Assembly: GCA_951813565.1 (NCBI GenBank)
Contig: OX638351.1
Location: forward strand, 224,001 to 288,000
DNA: 64,000 nucleotides
Source of the DNA: an uncultured Poribacteria bacterium
Lineage (GTDB): Bacteria; Poribacteria; WGA-4E; WGA-3G
Reading direction: 5' to 3'
Shown in pieces: positions 42,801 through 52,524 of the stretch (position 1 is the first letter of the stretch; every line of letters begins with the position of its first letter). Both the position numbers and the translations under genes were made by a program. The notes beneath the pieces were generated by a model. The model saw only the letters and a program-made list of their open reading frames with translations. It had not been told where the DNA came from and searched no databases.

Positions 42801-43161
42801 ACAGAGCGCAAAATATCAACGTTGGTTTGCTGAAGAACTTCTTGAAAAGGGAGTTCTTCCAGAAACAACACTAAAATATGCGAAACGTGCGTTACAAGAG
42901 GATACGGGGACGAGTTATTACTACCCCATGACACTTGGACATGCATGCATTGCGAATGATCTCTATGATGATGCGCTTCGATACTATAAATACGCTTTCA
43001 GTATGTTATCTGCCAATTCTTCATCGGACTATATCTGGAAACAGATCGCTGACGCAAGCAAGAATGCTAACGACAAAGAACGTTACATTCAAATGTTAAA
43101 TGCGTTGAAAAATTCCCTCCCACCGGAGTATTCAGGTTCTGTGTCAATGATTACTGATTAA
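39877..43161 (+). CDS. secreted TPR-repeat protein with a LamG-like jellyroll domain
   Basis: Signal peptide, many TPRs, TISAWIKP...WYHVAGT...FIGQIDEVRVWN. Confidence 0.88.
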   Translation: MERSKLYFFSLIFMLITAGALMTGPEAQQTDEATEQKRMMAQEFVKKAQEFVKQNRIEKAIEIYERIAKAVPENLESRAELAKLYARTNQHDKAAQIWSELLDTAPENLAYQDALFNSLQAAGKLDEAIELAEAYIQTQPEVGVHYARLAKLYEDEGNLDAAITNYEKAIELAYADKQTYVKLARLNFLNEDIDAAEIALRNAILSSTSVREQRDLERQLLNLYRFYGNLEEKLQKAENDGTTTYEMQKVRAEYFYKNDELEKSVNAYKKAYNMTISSNEKERISADLLKVYVQLGEMDSAIKPYETEANSNTNSNTRSFTSARITVTSARIAATYKLETERDSLISAFKNQDKLEMLKTHYEGKLGKNKDNPVALIILARIYWNEKNYQKSAEMYEALGKAESNDVRYFYYAAAALKKNNQPELAKEMLNQAKQALASCSEKDDVYFLGALATICSENRMFEPAIELSKSAIDKSNSDTDSRIQDTLRNILAKSYRETKRYIEAVDMYQEIANKSRSASTRNIAKRAIREISGERKPNEKLILQQLNEVEKNPNDPNLILELAKSYEATDKIKQAIEQYQKLTKLQPENVRWYIKLGDMFQRVDRPIDKVIESNALSLDGNGSYVEIVDSETINNISEQVTISAWIKPTDFLNIYTTVLFKGDRRIPDISHRQFTLWLFDEGKILFNVSPDGHPQKFIWSPPDTIEKNKWYHVAGTIDAKNDIMKLYLNGAEVGRNDFKQALHLRKTTLPFRIGCSHEEERWDHASFIGQIDEVRVWNIARTENEIRSDMNKQLKGDESGLVGYWKFDAETQGRTSDSSPNKNDGKLIGNAKLEPYTRPIFGNVKNEDLRKAVVYYEKAIELNPKIYQSRNLLANLYIKLNQISDAEAVYLRALDAPLTQARHDSLIRAISKLYVDEGQEHKLVAILEEIEPKMQESVVLYELLGDLYNKIGESDKAELAYVEWLQMREKEGNLQSAKYQRWFAEELLEKGVLPETTLKYAKRALQEDTGTSYYYPMTLGHACIANDLYDDALRYYKYAFSMLSANSSSDYIWKQIADASKNANDKERYIQMLNALKNSLPPEYSGSVSMITD

Positions 43162-43341
43162 ATTTTAAAACATTATTCTGGTTACGCTCAAAGCAGGTAT
43201 AAACACAATTCTTGTCAAAGTTTGTAATGAGGAAAAGGATTGGGGATTCTATCTGCGGATTACGGATGCTGACGGAAAACCTTTTGAAGATTTCAATATT
43301 TCGGAATAAATTCGTAGGTTGGGTAGAGCGAAAGCGACACC

Positions 43342-43577
43342 CATAGCCGTCAATTTAAGGATAGATTTTCTTGTAGGAGTGAATCAACGCAGCATGCGCG
43401 TGTGGCATGCTGCGGGTTTGTAACCCCGATTTAATTAGTTTAGGTTCACAAAATCGGGGGTTACAAACCCGACAAATCATGTAGAATGCCATGCGCGCAT
43501 TCTACCAAGCGCATTTGGCGTTGATTCACTCCCACAAGAGACAATCCGGTAATTATGTGCTTAAGTTGACGCCTATG
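43342..43577. mobile_element. IS4-derived MITE with a REP pair carrying micro-hairpins
   Basis: CATAGCCGTCAATTTAAG...CTTAAGTTGACGCCTATG. Confidence 0.8.
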
Positions 43578-43597
43578 GGTTTCGCGTTCGCTCTACC

Positions 43598-45141
43598 CAT
43601 AGGTGTCAACTTAAGGATTTTCAGCATTCTTTAGTTGCCTGTAATACCAAATTACCCTAAATCGTAGGGGCGGGTCTCTGTGCCCGCCCTTACCATCGGC
43701 AATGAAAACAATGCAATTCTCGTTAATTTGGTATAAGTTGTCCGCTTTCCTGCTCTATGTTTTCCATAGTCGCTGTATCGTCCACCCTGTTTTATGTATC
43801 TAAGTGTTCTATAAAAAGCTGTTTTAGATTTGTGAAAACTCATTGTGAGTGTGCGTGCGTGCCTCCCAATAAGTTTTGCTGTTTTGATGAGATCGTGTCG
43901 CATACATTTCCATCCAGTTGCTAACATAATCCAGTGTCTTATAAGTTGTGCGATGAGTTTGGCGGACACCTCACATAAGGGACGCTCAGGTTTGGTGCTG
44001 CGGGATGTATTCACCTTACCAACGCTTTTGAAGGATTTAAACTCAACTCAACTTGCCATCGTATCCGGGCGATAGTGGCAACCTGTTCGGCGGTAAGTCG
44101 TGTCGTCCCAATATTTGTAATGTAGATGTCCCAACCGGCAAGTTGTAAGCTTGTTTTGAGGGTGTTGTCCATCTCCGTTTAGCATCGCGTCTGATGTTTC
44201 GGCGACGCTTGTTTGCTTCTGGTTCGGAACATCGCAGCGCAACAAGCCGTGCTGACAGACGCTTCTTTGCGCCAACGAAGCAGTTCTGGTCTATAGTGTC
44301 TAAGTTTGTTGCTTTGAGGTGCTTATACAAGCAGAAAGGTTCTCCTTGTTCATCAAAGAGTTTACAGTTTACTTTCAATCTTGTGATCCAAAAGGCACCT
44401 GTTTGTGTCAGTTTTCCAAACGCGTCAAGTGAGAAATAGCTGAGGTCTGCTAAACGTAAACTTCCAGCGGAGAGCGGTTCAAACTCCTTTTCTGCTGTGC
44501 TATCGGCAATGATACCATCAGTGAGTTGGAAGTGTACAAAAGCACCCGTGAGCACATCAAAACGGAGGTGAAGTTTTATGGGAGCTTTTTTATGTTCGGT
44601 TCTACAACCGGTTTCCTTCCAAACGGATCGGAGTTCATCGGGGAGCGCAATCCAAGTGCTGTCCTGCAAATAGACACCTGTGAACTGTTTTAGCAAAGGG
44701 AGTGTCTGCGGTTGTGCCGAAATAACTTGTGTTGCGGCTACTTCAAGCGTTGATTTTAGGGTTTGTGCAGCCTCATAAGTCATCCGTTTTTCAATCGCTT
44801 GACGGGTGACATGCACATCTAAGCGCGTGCTGTTTGTGCCAAATCTGTATAACTTGCATCGGGAGTTTCAAGCCACCCGAATACGAGCATCTGGACGAAA
44901 GCACTTCCGGAAAGTTTGCGTATTCTTTGGACGAACCCGCAACTCAAAGCTGATGCGTTAGCGGTGGTTTGTAGTATCTCTTGCATTTTATCGGAAACCT
45001 ATGTTAGAATAGACATCGGAACACCTCTTTTGTAGGAATAAGTAGAAGTTATTTTCTCCATTATGCAAGAGGTGTCTCCATTTTGCAACGCTTTTCTAAT
45101 ACCTAAAAAGACACATATCTGTTCTTAAGTTGACACCTATG
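43598..45141 (-). mobile_element. IS4-family insertion sequence (decayed)
   Basis: Perfect 18-bp TIR CATAGGTGTCAACTTAAG; REP hairpin 20-mers on both flanks. Confidence 0.88.
43735..45016 (-). pseudogene. IS4 transposase pseudogene
   Basis: LQDST.IALP, KLHLRFD, LADLSYF fragments; in-frame TAG at codon 6, frameshifts, MITE in the 3' end. Confidence 0.85.
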
Positions 45142-45321
45142 GGTAGAGCGATAGCGAAACCCATCCTAAAATATTATAATAAAATATTAAAGGGTGTGAT
45201 AAAATGCGTCAAAAATATAGAAAACTAAATAACCCTGCCTGAAACAAATTTGCATTGCCAATAAAAAAATGGTATTATAAAGTGACCGATTTTAGCCTTC
45301 GGTCTGGGACCAAAGTGAGAA

Positions 45322-45663
45322 TTGAAAATGCGTCCTTTTTTTGTATCGTTATCAATCTTAACAAGTATTATAGGTCTCATCTTTATCATGCGTGGTTGTG
45401 TACATCCTGCAAAATATCAGAAGGAGTTATCTAAGGAAACACCAACTGCAGTTAGAGTAACCCAAATTTACACTGAGGCCACTCATCTTGTTGTAGTCGG
45501 TATCGGGGTTGTTAGTTTAGGGATACTGATAGTTTTTATCGGGACACTTACCCGCATTGATGAATGGAAAAATCTGTATTCACGCTTAATAGGTAAAACT
45601 ACGAAGAATTCAATAGTTGCGGATGAACCTGAAACTTCACAGCGTGAGGAGAACGAAAATTGA
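45322..45663 (+). CDS. hypothetical membrane protein
   Basis: Two TM segments; overlaps the yggS start. Confidence 0.65.
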   Translation: MKMRPFFVSLSILTSIIGLIFIMRGCVHPAKYQKELSKETPTAVRVTQIYTEATHLVVVGIGVVSLGILIVFIGTLTRIDEWKNLYSRLIGKTTKNSIVADEPETSQREENEN

Positions 45664-46376
45664 ATCGGATTGTTGAAAACCTTGCGAATGTCAAGGAACG
45701 TATGGCGGCATCTGCAGAACGAAGTGGTCGCGCACCGGATTCAATTAAGCTTGTTACGGTTACAAAAGGACGTTCAATAACAAATATTCAAACAGTCCTT
45801 GCTGCTGGGGCGACAGATATTGGTGAAAACCGTGTGCAGGAAGCACAGCAAAAATTCGACCTAATTCAATCGTTTTGTGAAACAGTACCAAACATTCAAG
45901 CATGTGAATGGCACCTTGTAGGACACCTTCAAAGAAATAAAGTTAAGTCTGCCTTAGATATGTTTACGCTAATCCACTCAGTGGATAGTTTGAGACTTTT
46001 AGCAGAGATAGCACGGCGGGCAGAAGCACGTAAGCAACAAACAGAAATACTAATTCAAATAAATACAACTGGCGAAGCAAGCAAGTTTGGTATAGATTCG
46101 GAGGATGTGCGGGATTTTATAGAAAAGTCGCTTACCTATTCAGGCGCACGTATTGTTGGGTTAATGACAATGGGAGTATTAAGTTCTTCCCCAGAAATAA
46201 ATCGCCCAGCTTTTGCTCTGCTGAGAACACTTTCGGAAAAGGTAAAGGCTGAGAAGTTTCCCGGAATAACAATGGAGTACCTCTCCATGGGGATGACAAA
46301 CGATTTTGAGGTAGCAATCGAAGAAGGAGCGAACCTTGTTAGGATAGGTAGGGCAATTTTCGGAAACGCAGGTTAA
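45660..46376 (+). CDS. yggS: PLP homeostasis protein YggS
   Basis: VTK, GENRVQE, WH.VGHLQRNK, LSMGMTNDFE.AIEEG...RIG. Confidence 0.95.
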   Translation: MNRIVENLANVKERMAASAERSGRAPDSIKLVTVTKGRSITNIQTVLAAGATDIGENRVQEAQQKFDLIQSFCETVPNIQACEWHLVGHLQRNKVKSALDMFTLIHSVDSLRLLAEIARRAEARKQQTEILIQINTTGEASKFGIDSEDVRDFIEKSLTYSGARIVGLMTMGVLSSSPEINRPAFALLRTLSEKVKAEKFPGITMEYLSMGMTNDFEVAIEEGANLVRIGRAIFGNAG

Positions 46377-46514
46377 TAGAATAGTACTTACGCACTTTGC
46401 TTATTTTCGGTTTTATTTATCGTGAGATCCAATTTATTGCGTGATTACTGATGAAGTTAAAACAATTGATATAAATCTGTTCTCATTAACGCTGTGGATA
46501 TTGTGAGGAGTAAA

Positions 46515-47333
46515 ATGGTGGTAGACAACCTAAAATTGGGTGTGATTGGTGTCGGAAAGATGGGCGGTATACTCGTAAGGAGTATCGTTGGACGCTTGTT
46601 TCCAGCGCAACAAATTTGGATTACCGATCTGGACAAAAATCTGGTTAACCAACTCTGTGATGAAAAAGGTGTGAACGCTACGTCAAACATTGAGGAACTT
46701 ATCAAAAAGACAGATATTATCCTCTGTGCCGTTCCACCCGTGGCGGTACCGCACATTCTACCACAGGTATCACACAGTCTCTCATCACCACAATGGATTA
46801 TAAGCATCGCAGCTGGCGTCGCGACTGAAACGCTCGAATCATATTTTAAAACCCCGCCTCCAATTGTTCGCGTGATGCCAAATATAGCAGCTTCGGTTGA
46901 AGCGGCAATCTCTGTGTTGACAGCAGGCAGTGCTGCTGATGAGCAACATCTCGCCATAGCGCAAAAGGTATTCAACACTTGCGGAACTACATTAATATTG
47001 GAGGAACGACACCTAAATGCGGTTACAGGAGTCAGCGGCAGTGGTCCTGCTTATGTTGCGCTTTTTATAGAAGCATTAGCAGATGCCGGTGTCCATGTCG
47101 GTTTGCCACGGCAAGACGCGCAAACTTTGGCGATACACACAGTTTTGGGTGCAGCTTCAATGTTAGCACAATCCCAAGAACATCCTGCTGTCCTGAAAAA
47201 CCGAGTCACAACACCGGGCGGGACAACAGCTGCAGGACTCCACGCACTTGAACGAGGTGGTTTGCGCGCAACACTTGCCGAGGCAATACTTGCTGCAACG
47301 GAACGTGCCAAACAACTTGACACGGTAAAATAG
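46515..47333 (+). CDS. proC: pyrroline-5-carboxylate reductase
   Basis: GVGKMG, RVMPN, SGSGPAY, VTTPGGTT. Confidence 0.95.
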   Translation: MVVDNLKLGVIGVGKMGGILVRSIVGRLFPAQQIWITDLDKNLVNQLCDEKGVNATSNIEELIKKTDIILCAVPPVAVPHILPQVSHSLSSPQWIISIAAGVATETLESYFKTPPPIVRVMPNIAASVEAAISVLTAGSAADEQHLAIAQKVFNTCGTTLILEERHLNAVTGVSGSGPAYVALFIEALADAGVHVGLPRQDAQTLAIHTVLGAASMLAQSQEHPAVLKNRVTTPGGTTAAGLHALERGGLRATLAEAILAATERAKQLDTVK

Positions 47334-47349
47334 GAAGGGAATAACCGTA

Positions 47350-47619
47350 ATGCCTATTCTTGCCAAATTGCTCAGTCACCTTCTTGATATTTACATGGTA
47401 ATTGTTATCGCTAACGTGTTACTTTCATGGATAGTGTTCGGAACGCAAAATTTAGTCGTTCGTCGAATCTATGTGGCCACAGGTCAATTGGTCGATCCGG
47501 TATTACAACCTATTCGAAACCTAATTTATCCGATGACTCGCAATATCGGTATTGACTTTTCGCCAATAGTGTTAATTGTTCTCTTACAAATTCTCAGTTC
47601 ATGGTTGCGTCCTTCGTAA
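47350..47619 (+). CDS. yggT: YggT family membrane protein
   Basis: LLSW...DPVL.PIR...IDFSPIV. Confidence 0.9.
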   Translation: MPILAKLLSHLLDIYMVIVIANVLLSWIVFGTQNLVVRRIYVATGQLVDPVLQPIRNLIYPMTRNIGIDFSPIVLIVLLQILSSWLRPS

Positions 47620-47679
47620 ATTATTTATTGAGTTCGGCATATATCAAACTATTTCACAATTTCATCCTATCTATTAGGA

Positions 47680-50283
47680 ATGACCACTTGCTTTATGAAA
47701 AAGGCAAATTCTTCCCCAAAGGACACTACAGTTAAACGTTCCAGTACTAAATCTAAGAAAAAGAAGTTAAACTCAGTTCAGACTGAGGACGTTTTACATA
47801 GTTCCCACGAAGCAGAAATTCTTAAATTGTGGACAACTCAAAATGTCTACAAGGTTGAAGAAAAAAATGCCGTGTCGCCAACCTATGTGATCAGAGAAAT
47901 GCCAACGCCTGTGGATGCACTAAGCCTTGACACACTTCGAAGAAAAATTTATCAAGATATTTTCCTCAAATGTGAAATGCTCCGGGGACGTAGTGTTGTA
48001 TATTCGCCGTTTTGGGAAACCTTTCCCTTTAGCGTTGAAGCGACCGTAATAAAAGAAAAAATGGCTACAGTTTCAGGAAATATCATCAATTTTCGAAAGC
48101 AGTGTAGACAACTTTACAGTGAACAATTAAAAACGCAAGAACAGAAATTACAGAAACTCGGTATTTTTGCAGATTGGACTTCCGCTGAAAAAACATTGGA
48201 GGCACGTCATGAGACTAAACTCTTTAGCTACTTTGATAGATTACGAGACACTAAATTCTTACGTGATGAATTGAAACTCAGCCATTGGTGTCCAAAATGT
48301 GCTTCACCGTTGGAAACAGGAAAAACAGTTACACCGGTTTCCAATAGCGTTTTAGATACCTATGTAAAGTTTCCACTCAACAGCGGTTTTGAAGAATTTG
48401 GAAAAGATGTCTTTTTCGTTGCGCGTTTTCCACTGTCTCAATTGTGGCGGATTGCAGGAATGATCGCAATGGGAATTTTTGAAAATGCCACCTTTTTACT
48501 CACCGAATTTGAAAACCAATATCTAATTTTTTCTGAACAGCAATTGAAAAAATTTGTTGATCCAAACACTAAACGTAAGAAATATCCTGTACCTATTGGG
48601 AAATTAAAAGCAACACAGTTTAACAATTGTACTGTCTCACACCCGCTATTCTCACTAACTGATCTACCTTTTTATTCATTACCAGAAAAAATAGTTGGAA
48701 CCATTTCTGATTCATCACAAAAAAAGGAATTGATGGAGGGCATCATACCTCTAAACCCTGCACATCATTTGCTTAGTTATAGTATTTCCAATGTGTTAGC
48801 AAGCATTGATAACTCTGCCAAAGCAAAATTTATATCATCTACTCCAACAACACCCATTTTTGATGAAACTGGCAGGTTTACAGAAGATGCGGATGCCTTA
48901 TGCGGATTAAAATTGTCTAACGCGATTCAACTTATTACTGATGAATTAGAGAATCGTGGGGGCTTAATTAAAGGAAGAAAACATAAAATAAAACAACTTG
49001 AATGTCAACACTGTAATGGTTTGTCAGTTTCGCGTCCTTACAGGCACTGGGTATTTTCCATTACCTCCAGCAATATTCAAGAAGATGTCTCAAATTTACC
49101 AGAATATTGGGCGCATTACGACGACGAAATACGGGGGGACATTCAAAGTGAAATGATGAATGCCTCCGATATGCCAATTTCTTCGCAACGCCAATGGGGA
49201 ATACCGCTCCCAATTCTGATGTGTGATAGTTGCAACAATATTATTACAGATAAAAAAACGCTTCGGGCAGTTCGTAGTTCTATCCGACGCGGTTCGGAAC
49301 ACTGGTTCCGTCTGAGCGTAGAAGAACTATTACCCGCAGATACGGTCTGCATACATTGCCATTCAAAGGACTTCCGAAAAGAGGCTACTTACATTGAAAG
49401 TCATTTTGCTAACCTACTTCAGGCACTTGATACATCAGATTTCAAAAAACCAATTATTGGGTCTTGCACGAATGTTACTTTTGCACCCCGTGCCGCTTTC
49501 TTAAAATGGTTAAGAGAGTTGAGTGTGCTTTCAGCATCACTTCAACTGAGTCGACCTACTAAAGAGAGCCAACCCTTTAAATTCTTAAAACTAAACAGTA
49601 TTGCTGAAGAAGTTTGGGACACCGTGATAGAAGAAAATTTGTATAAAAAATATCCTGCGGATGTTCTACGCCTAATCTCAATAGTGCCAGACTTACATCA
49701 AGTTCAACTTAAAGAAGATGACACTAAACAACTTGAAGAGTTGATAGAGGTGTACAATCAAAAATACGGACAACTTAAAGAGGTATTAAATCAGGCAGTC
49801 CAATTGCTATCTGATCTGCAGAATAGGACTAATTCTAATAAACGTATGACCACCTCTAATAAACCTGACGCGAATGTTTGTGAAATATTATTGAAACATG
49901 ACGCACTTGCCATTTCTTTGACTAATCAACTTCTCAGCAGTGTTGAGGCAGCTTACACAGAAAGAGATTTTTATGGTATGTGGCAATTATTATTAGATTT
50001 CTGTCGTACAGATCTTCAATTTTATATCGAATTTTGTGCTGCGAAAAAAGTAGCTAAAGGGGTAGTCTCTGCACAACTTGCTTTTTCATCAATATTCACA
50101 GCCATTTTACAATATCTTGCTCCGATTACTCCTTTCTTAGCTGAAGAAATTTTTGTTCAGACAAATTCCGCTTTCACCAGCATATTTCAAAGTAAGAGGA
50201 GTCAATTACCAAAAATCTCTCAGCAATTTGATACAAAGGTTGAATGGGAGTCGTTAAAGAATAGCTATCAACCAAAAACCTAA
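47680..50283 (+). CDS. degenerate isoleucyl-tRNA-synthetase-like protein (catalytic motifs lost)
   Basis: LGIFADW, ISSQRQWGIPLP, YPADVLRL, LAPITPFLAEEI and four CxxC pairs retained; HIGH and KMSKS absent; lies between yggT and lspA. Confidence 0.85.
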   Translation: MTTCFMKKANSSPKDTTVKRSSTKSKKKKLNSVQTEDVLHSSHEAEILKLWTTQNVYKVEEKNAVSPTYVIREMPTPVDALSLDTLRRKIYQDIFLKCEMLRGRSVVYSPFWETFPFSVEATVIKEKMATVSGNIINFRKQCRQLYSEQLKTQEQKLQKLGIFADWTSAEKTLEARHETKLFSYFDRLRDTKFLRDELKLSHWCPKCASPLETGKTVTPVSNSVLDTYVKFPLNSGFEEFGKDVFFVARFPLSQLWRIAGMIAMGIFENATFLLTEFENQYLIFSEQQLKKFVDPNTKRKKYPVPIGKLKATQFNNCTVSHPLFSLTDLPFYSLPEKIVGTISDSSQKKELMEGIIPLNPAHHLLSYSISNVLASIDNSAKAKFISSTPTTPIFDETGRFTEDADALCGLKLSNAIQLITDELENRGGLIKGRKHKIKQLECQHCNGLSVSRPYRHWVFSITSSNIQEDVSNLPEYWAHYDDEIRGDIQSEMMNASDMPISSQRQWGIPLPILMCDSCNNIITDKKTLRAVRSSIRRGSEHWFRLSVEELLPADTVCIHCHSKDFRKEATYIESHFANLLQALDTSDFKKPIIGSCTNVTFAPRAAFLKWLRELSVLSASLQLSRPTKESQPFKFLKLNSIAEEVWDTVIEENLYKKYPADVLRLISIVPDLHQVQLKEDDTKQLEELIEVYNQKYGQLKEVLNQAVQLLSDLQNRTNSNKRMTTSNKPDANVCEILLKHDALAISLTNQLLSSVEAAYTERDFYGMWQLLLDFCRTDLQFYIEFCAAKKVAKGVVSAQLAFSSIFTAILQYLAPITPFLAEEIFVQTNSAFTSIFQSKRSQLPKISQQFDTKVEWESLKNSYQPKT

Positions 50284-50305
50284 CATCTAAGGGATAACTC
50301 AGGAA

Positions 50306-50800
50306 GTGATTTCTCCGTTTCAATATTTTAAAAATGTTCTGCCATTAATAGTGGTAGCAATTCCATCATTGTTACTTGATATCGTTACCAAATGGCTGGT
50401 ACGTATGCATATCCCTAAAGGGAGAGGCTATTCAATTATTCAAGGCTTTTTTAATTTAAGGCATGATAGAAACTCTGGTGCTGCTTTCGGAATTTTATCA
50501 GATCAGCGGACGTTGTTAGTTATAATAACGATCGCTGCATTGATCTTTATTTTCGTCTATTCTTTCAGATTCAGACAGAGTCGATGGATGCAAACCGCGT
50601 TAGGTTTTCTCCTTGGTGGAGCAGTAGGAAACTTTATTGACCGTCTTTTTTTAGGTGAAGTTGTCGACTTTCTGCAGTTTGGTATAGAAAGCAAAAATTT
50701 GTATTGGCCCACTTTTAACGTCGCTGATGTGTCTGTATGTATAGGCGCGGGGATGCTCATCGTTTATCTGTTTCGTATTCAGAATCGGAGCACTAATTGA
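50306..50800 (+). CDS. lspA: lipoprotein signal peptidase II
   Basis: NSGAAFG, GGAVGNFIDR, VVDF, FNVAD. Confidence 0.95.
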   Translation: MISPFQYFKNVLPLIVVAIPSLLLDIVTKWLVRMHIPKGRGYSIIQGFFNLRHDRNSGAAFGILSDQRTLLVIITIAALIFIFVYSFRFRQSRWMQTALGFLLGGAVGNFIDRLFLGEVVDFLQFGIESKNLYWPTFNVADVSVCIGAGMLIVYLFRIQNRSTN

Positions 50801-50889
50801 GGTAGTAGATGTAGGTTGGGTAGAGCGTAGCGAAACCCATCTCTTTGTCCTTTTTCGTAGGACTTTCACAAAAAGCAAAAGGGTAAACC

Positions 50890-51474
50890 ATGTTTAAATT
50901 TAGAATTCGTATATATGTGGTCGCGTTAGCAGTAATTTTCGCATTAGTACCGCAATCAGAAGCGCAAAATCGAAGTGTTCCCCCTACAGAGCAAACTCAA
51001 GGAACACAACAAGAGGAATATAGCGAAAGTGCTTTACGTCGATTTGAGATTGTTACGTTAAGCGCACTCCCCTTCACCGCAGTCCATAGTTATTTGGGGG
51101 TTCGCGGTATAAAAATGGCACAAACAAATAAAATAGCACCAGAGTTAACACCACAGAATTACCGTGTAATGGGGATCACTGCTGTTTCGTTATCACTATT
51201 TATCGGTTTTTGGGACTGGCTACATACCCGTAATGTAGACAGGTCAGCTCCGAGTGTGCCAGAACGCAAGCCACCATCATCTCCTACTGAAGAAGGGATT
51301 CCTCCAGATGGGAGTATTGCTCGTATTCCTATTTTCGGTCCACATGCAAACATATACGGTATCTCAACATATTTTCCGCAACAACAACTATACTCAGTAA
51401 ATAACCAGTTGAATATGTGGTCAGCTGAACCATCTGTCGGCTTTGTTATTCCACTCCTTGAAATACGATTCTAA
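50890..51474 (+). CDS. hypothetical exported/membrane protein
   Basis: Signal peptide; LRRFEIV...LPF motif. Confidence 0.7.
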   Translation: MFKFRIRIYVVALAVIFALVPQSEAQNRSVPPTEQTQGTQQEEYSESALRRFEIVTLSALPFTAVHSYLGVRGIKMAQTNKIAPELTPQNYRVMGITAVSLSLFIGFWDWLHTRNVDRSAPSVPERKPPSSPTEEGIPPDGSIARIPIFGPHANIYGISTYFPQQQLYSVNNQLNMWSAEPSVGFVIPLLEIRF

Positions 51475-51523
51475 TAACACTTTATCGGACTCAAAACTGA
51501 CAGAAGATAGGTATTATACAAAA

Positions 51524-52483
51524 ATGCGTGTTCTCTTTATGGGCACCAGTGACTTTGCGATACCAGCACTGAAAGAACTTATTGCCCATCATTTCGAAGT
51601 CATAGGCGTTGTAACGCAACCTGACCGTCCCAGTGGAAGAGGCAAAAAGCTAAGTCCGCCACCGGTAAAACAGATTGCAATAGAAAATAACCTTCAGGTT
51701 TTTCAACCTGAAAAGGTTCGAAAACCAGAATTTGTTGAGACTTTGAAACAACTTACGCCAGACGTTATTATTGTTGCTGCTTTCGGTCAGCTTTTACCCC
51801 AAGCGGTGTTGGATATTCCACCATGTGGTGTCATTAATTTACATCCTTCTCTGTTGCCGAAATATAGAGGTGCAGCGCCAATTCAATGGGCATTAATTAA
51901 TGGGGAGAATGAGACAGGTGTAACGCTTATGCTGTTAGACGTTGGTGAAGATACCGGCGATATAATTTGCATGGAGCGAATACCAATTAGAATTGAAGAT
52001 ACAGCAGAAACATTGCATGAACAATTAGCAGATATTGGAGCGCGACTTCTGGTGGAAGTTTTGGCTAAATTGCCGCAAGGACAACCTCCAGCCGCAACAC
52101 CGCAGAATCATGCTGATGCTACGCATGCACCACGTCTAACGAAAACCGTTGGACATATCAAGTGGAATGAATCTGCCACTACAATTCACAACCTAATTAG
52201 AGGCACAGCTGGCTGGCCTGGTGCCTATACCTTTTTTCGAGAAGGTATGCTTCTTAAGATTATTCAATCTTTGCCGCATGAATATGAGCAGAAAATAAAG
52301 CAAAACATCTCTCAAGAAAAACCTGGTACCATAAAAATCACTTCAGAACGACAGTTGTTTGTGGCTACAGGTAAAGGTGAACTTCAGCTATTGCAAGTCC
52401 AACCAGCGACTAAAAAGATTATGGAAGTTTACGATTTTGTCAACGGGTATCAGTTAAAAACAGGTGAAAGTTTTTCAGTCTAA
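51524..52483 (+). CDS. fmt: methionyl-tRNA formyltransferase
   Basis: FMGT, VTQPDRP.GRG, NLHPSLLPKYRGAAPIQ. Confidence 0.96.
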   Translation: MRVLFMGTSDFAIPALKELIAHHFEVIGVVTQPDRPSGRGKKLSPPPVKQIAIENNLQVFQPEKVRKPEFVETLKQLTPDVIIVAAFGQLLPQAVLDIPPCGVINLHPSLLPKYRGAAPIQWALINGENETGVTLMLLDVGEDTGDIICMERIPIRIEDTAETLHEQLADIGARLLVEVLAKLPQGQPPAATPQNHADATHAPRLTKTVGHIKWNESATTIHNLIRGTAGWPGAYTFFREGMLLKIIQSLPHEYEQKIKQNISQEKPGTIKITSERQLFVATGKGELQLLQVQPATKKIMEVYDFVNGYQLKTGESFSV

Positions 52484-52524
52484 GAATGTAATTCGAGGGA
52501 GTCCGTATAGGGTTCAGCAATGAG

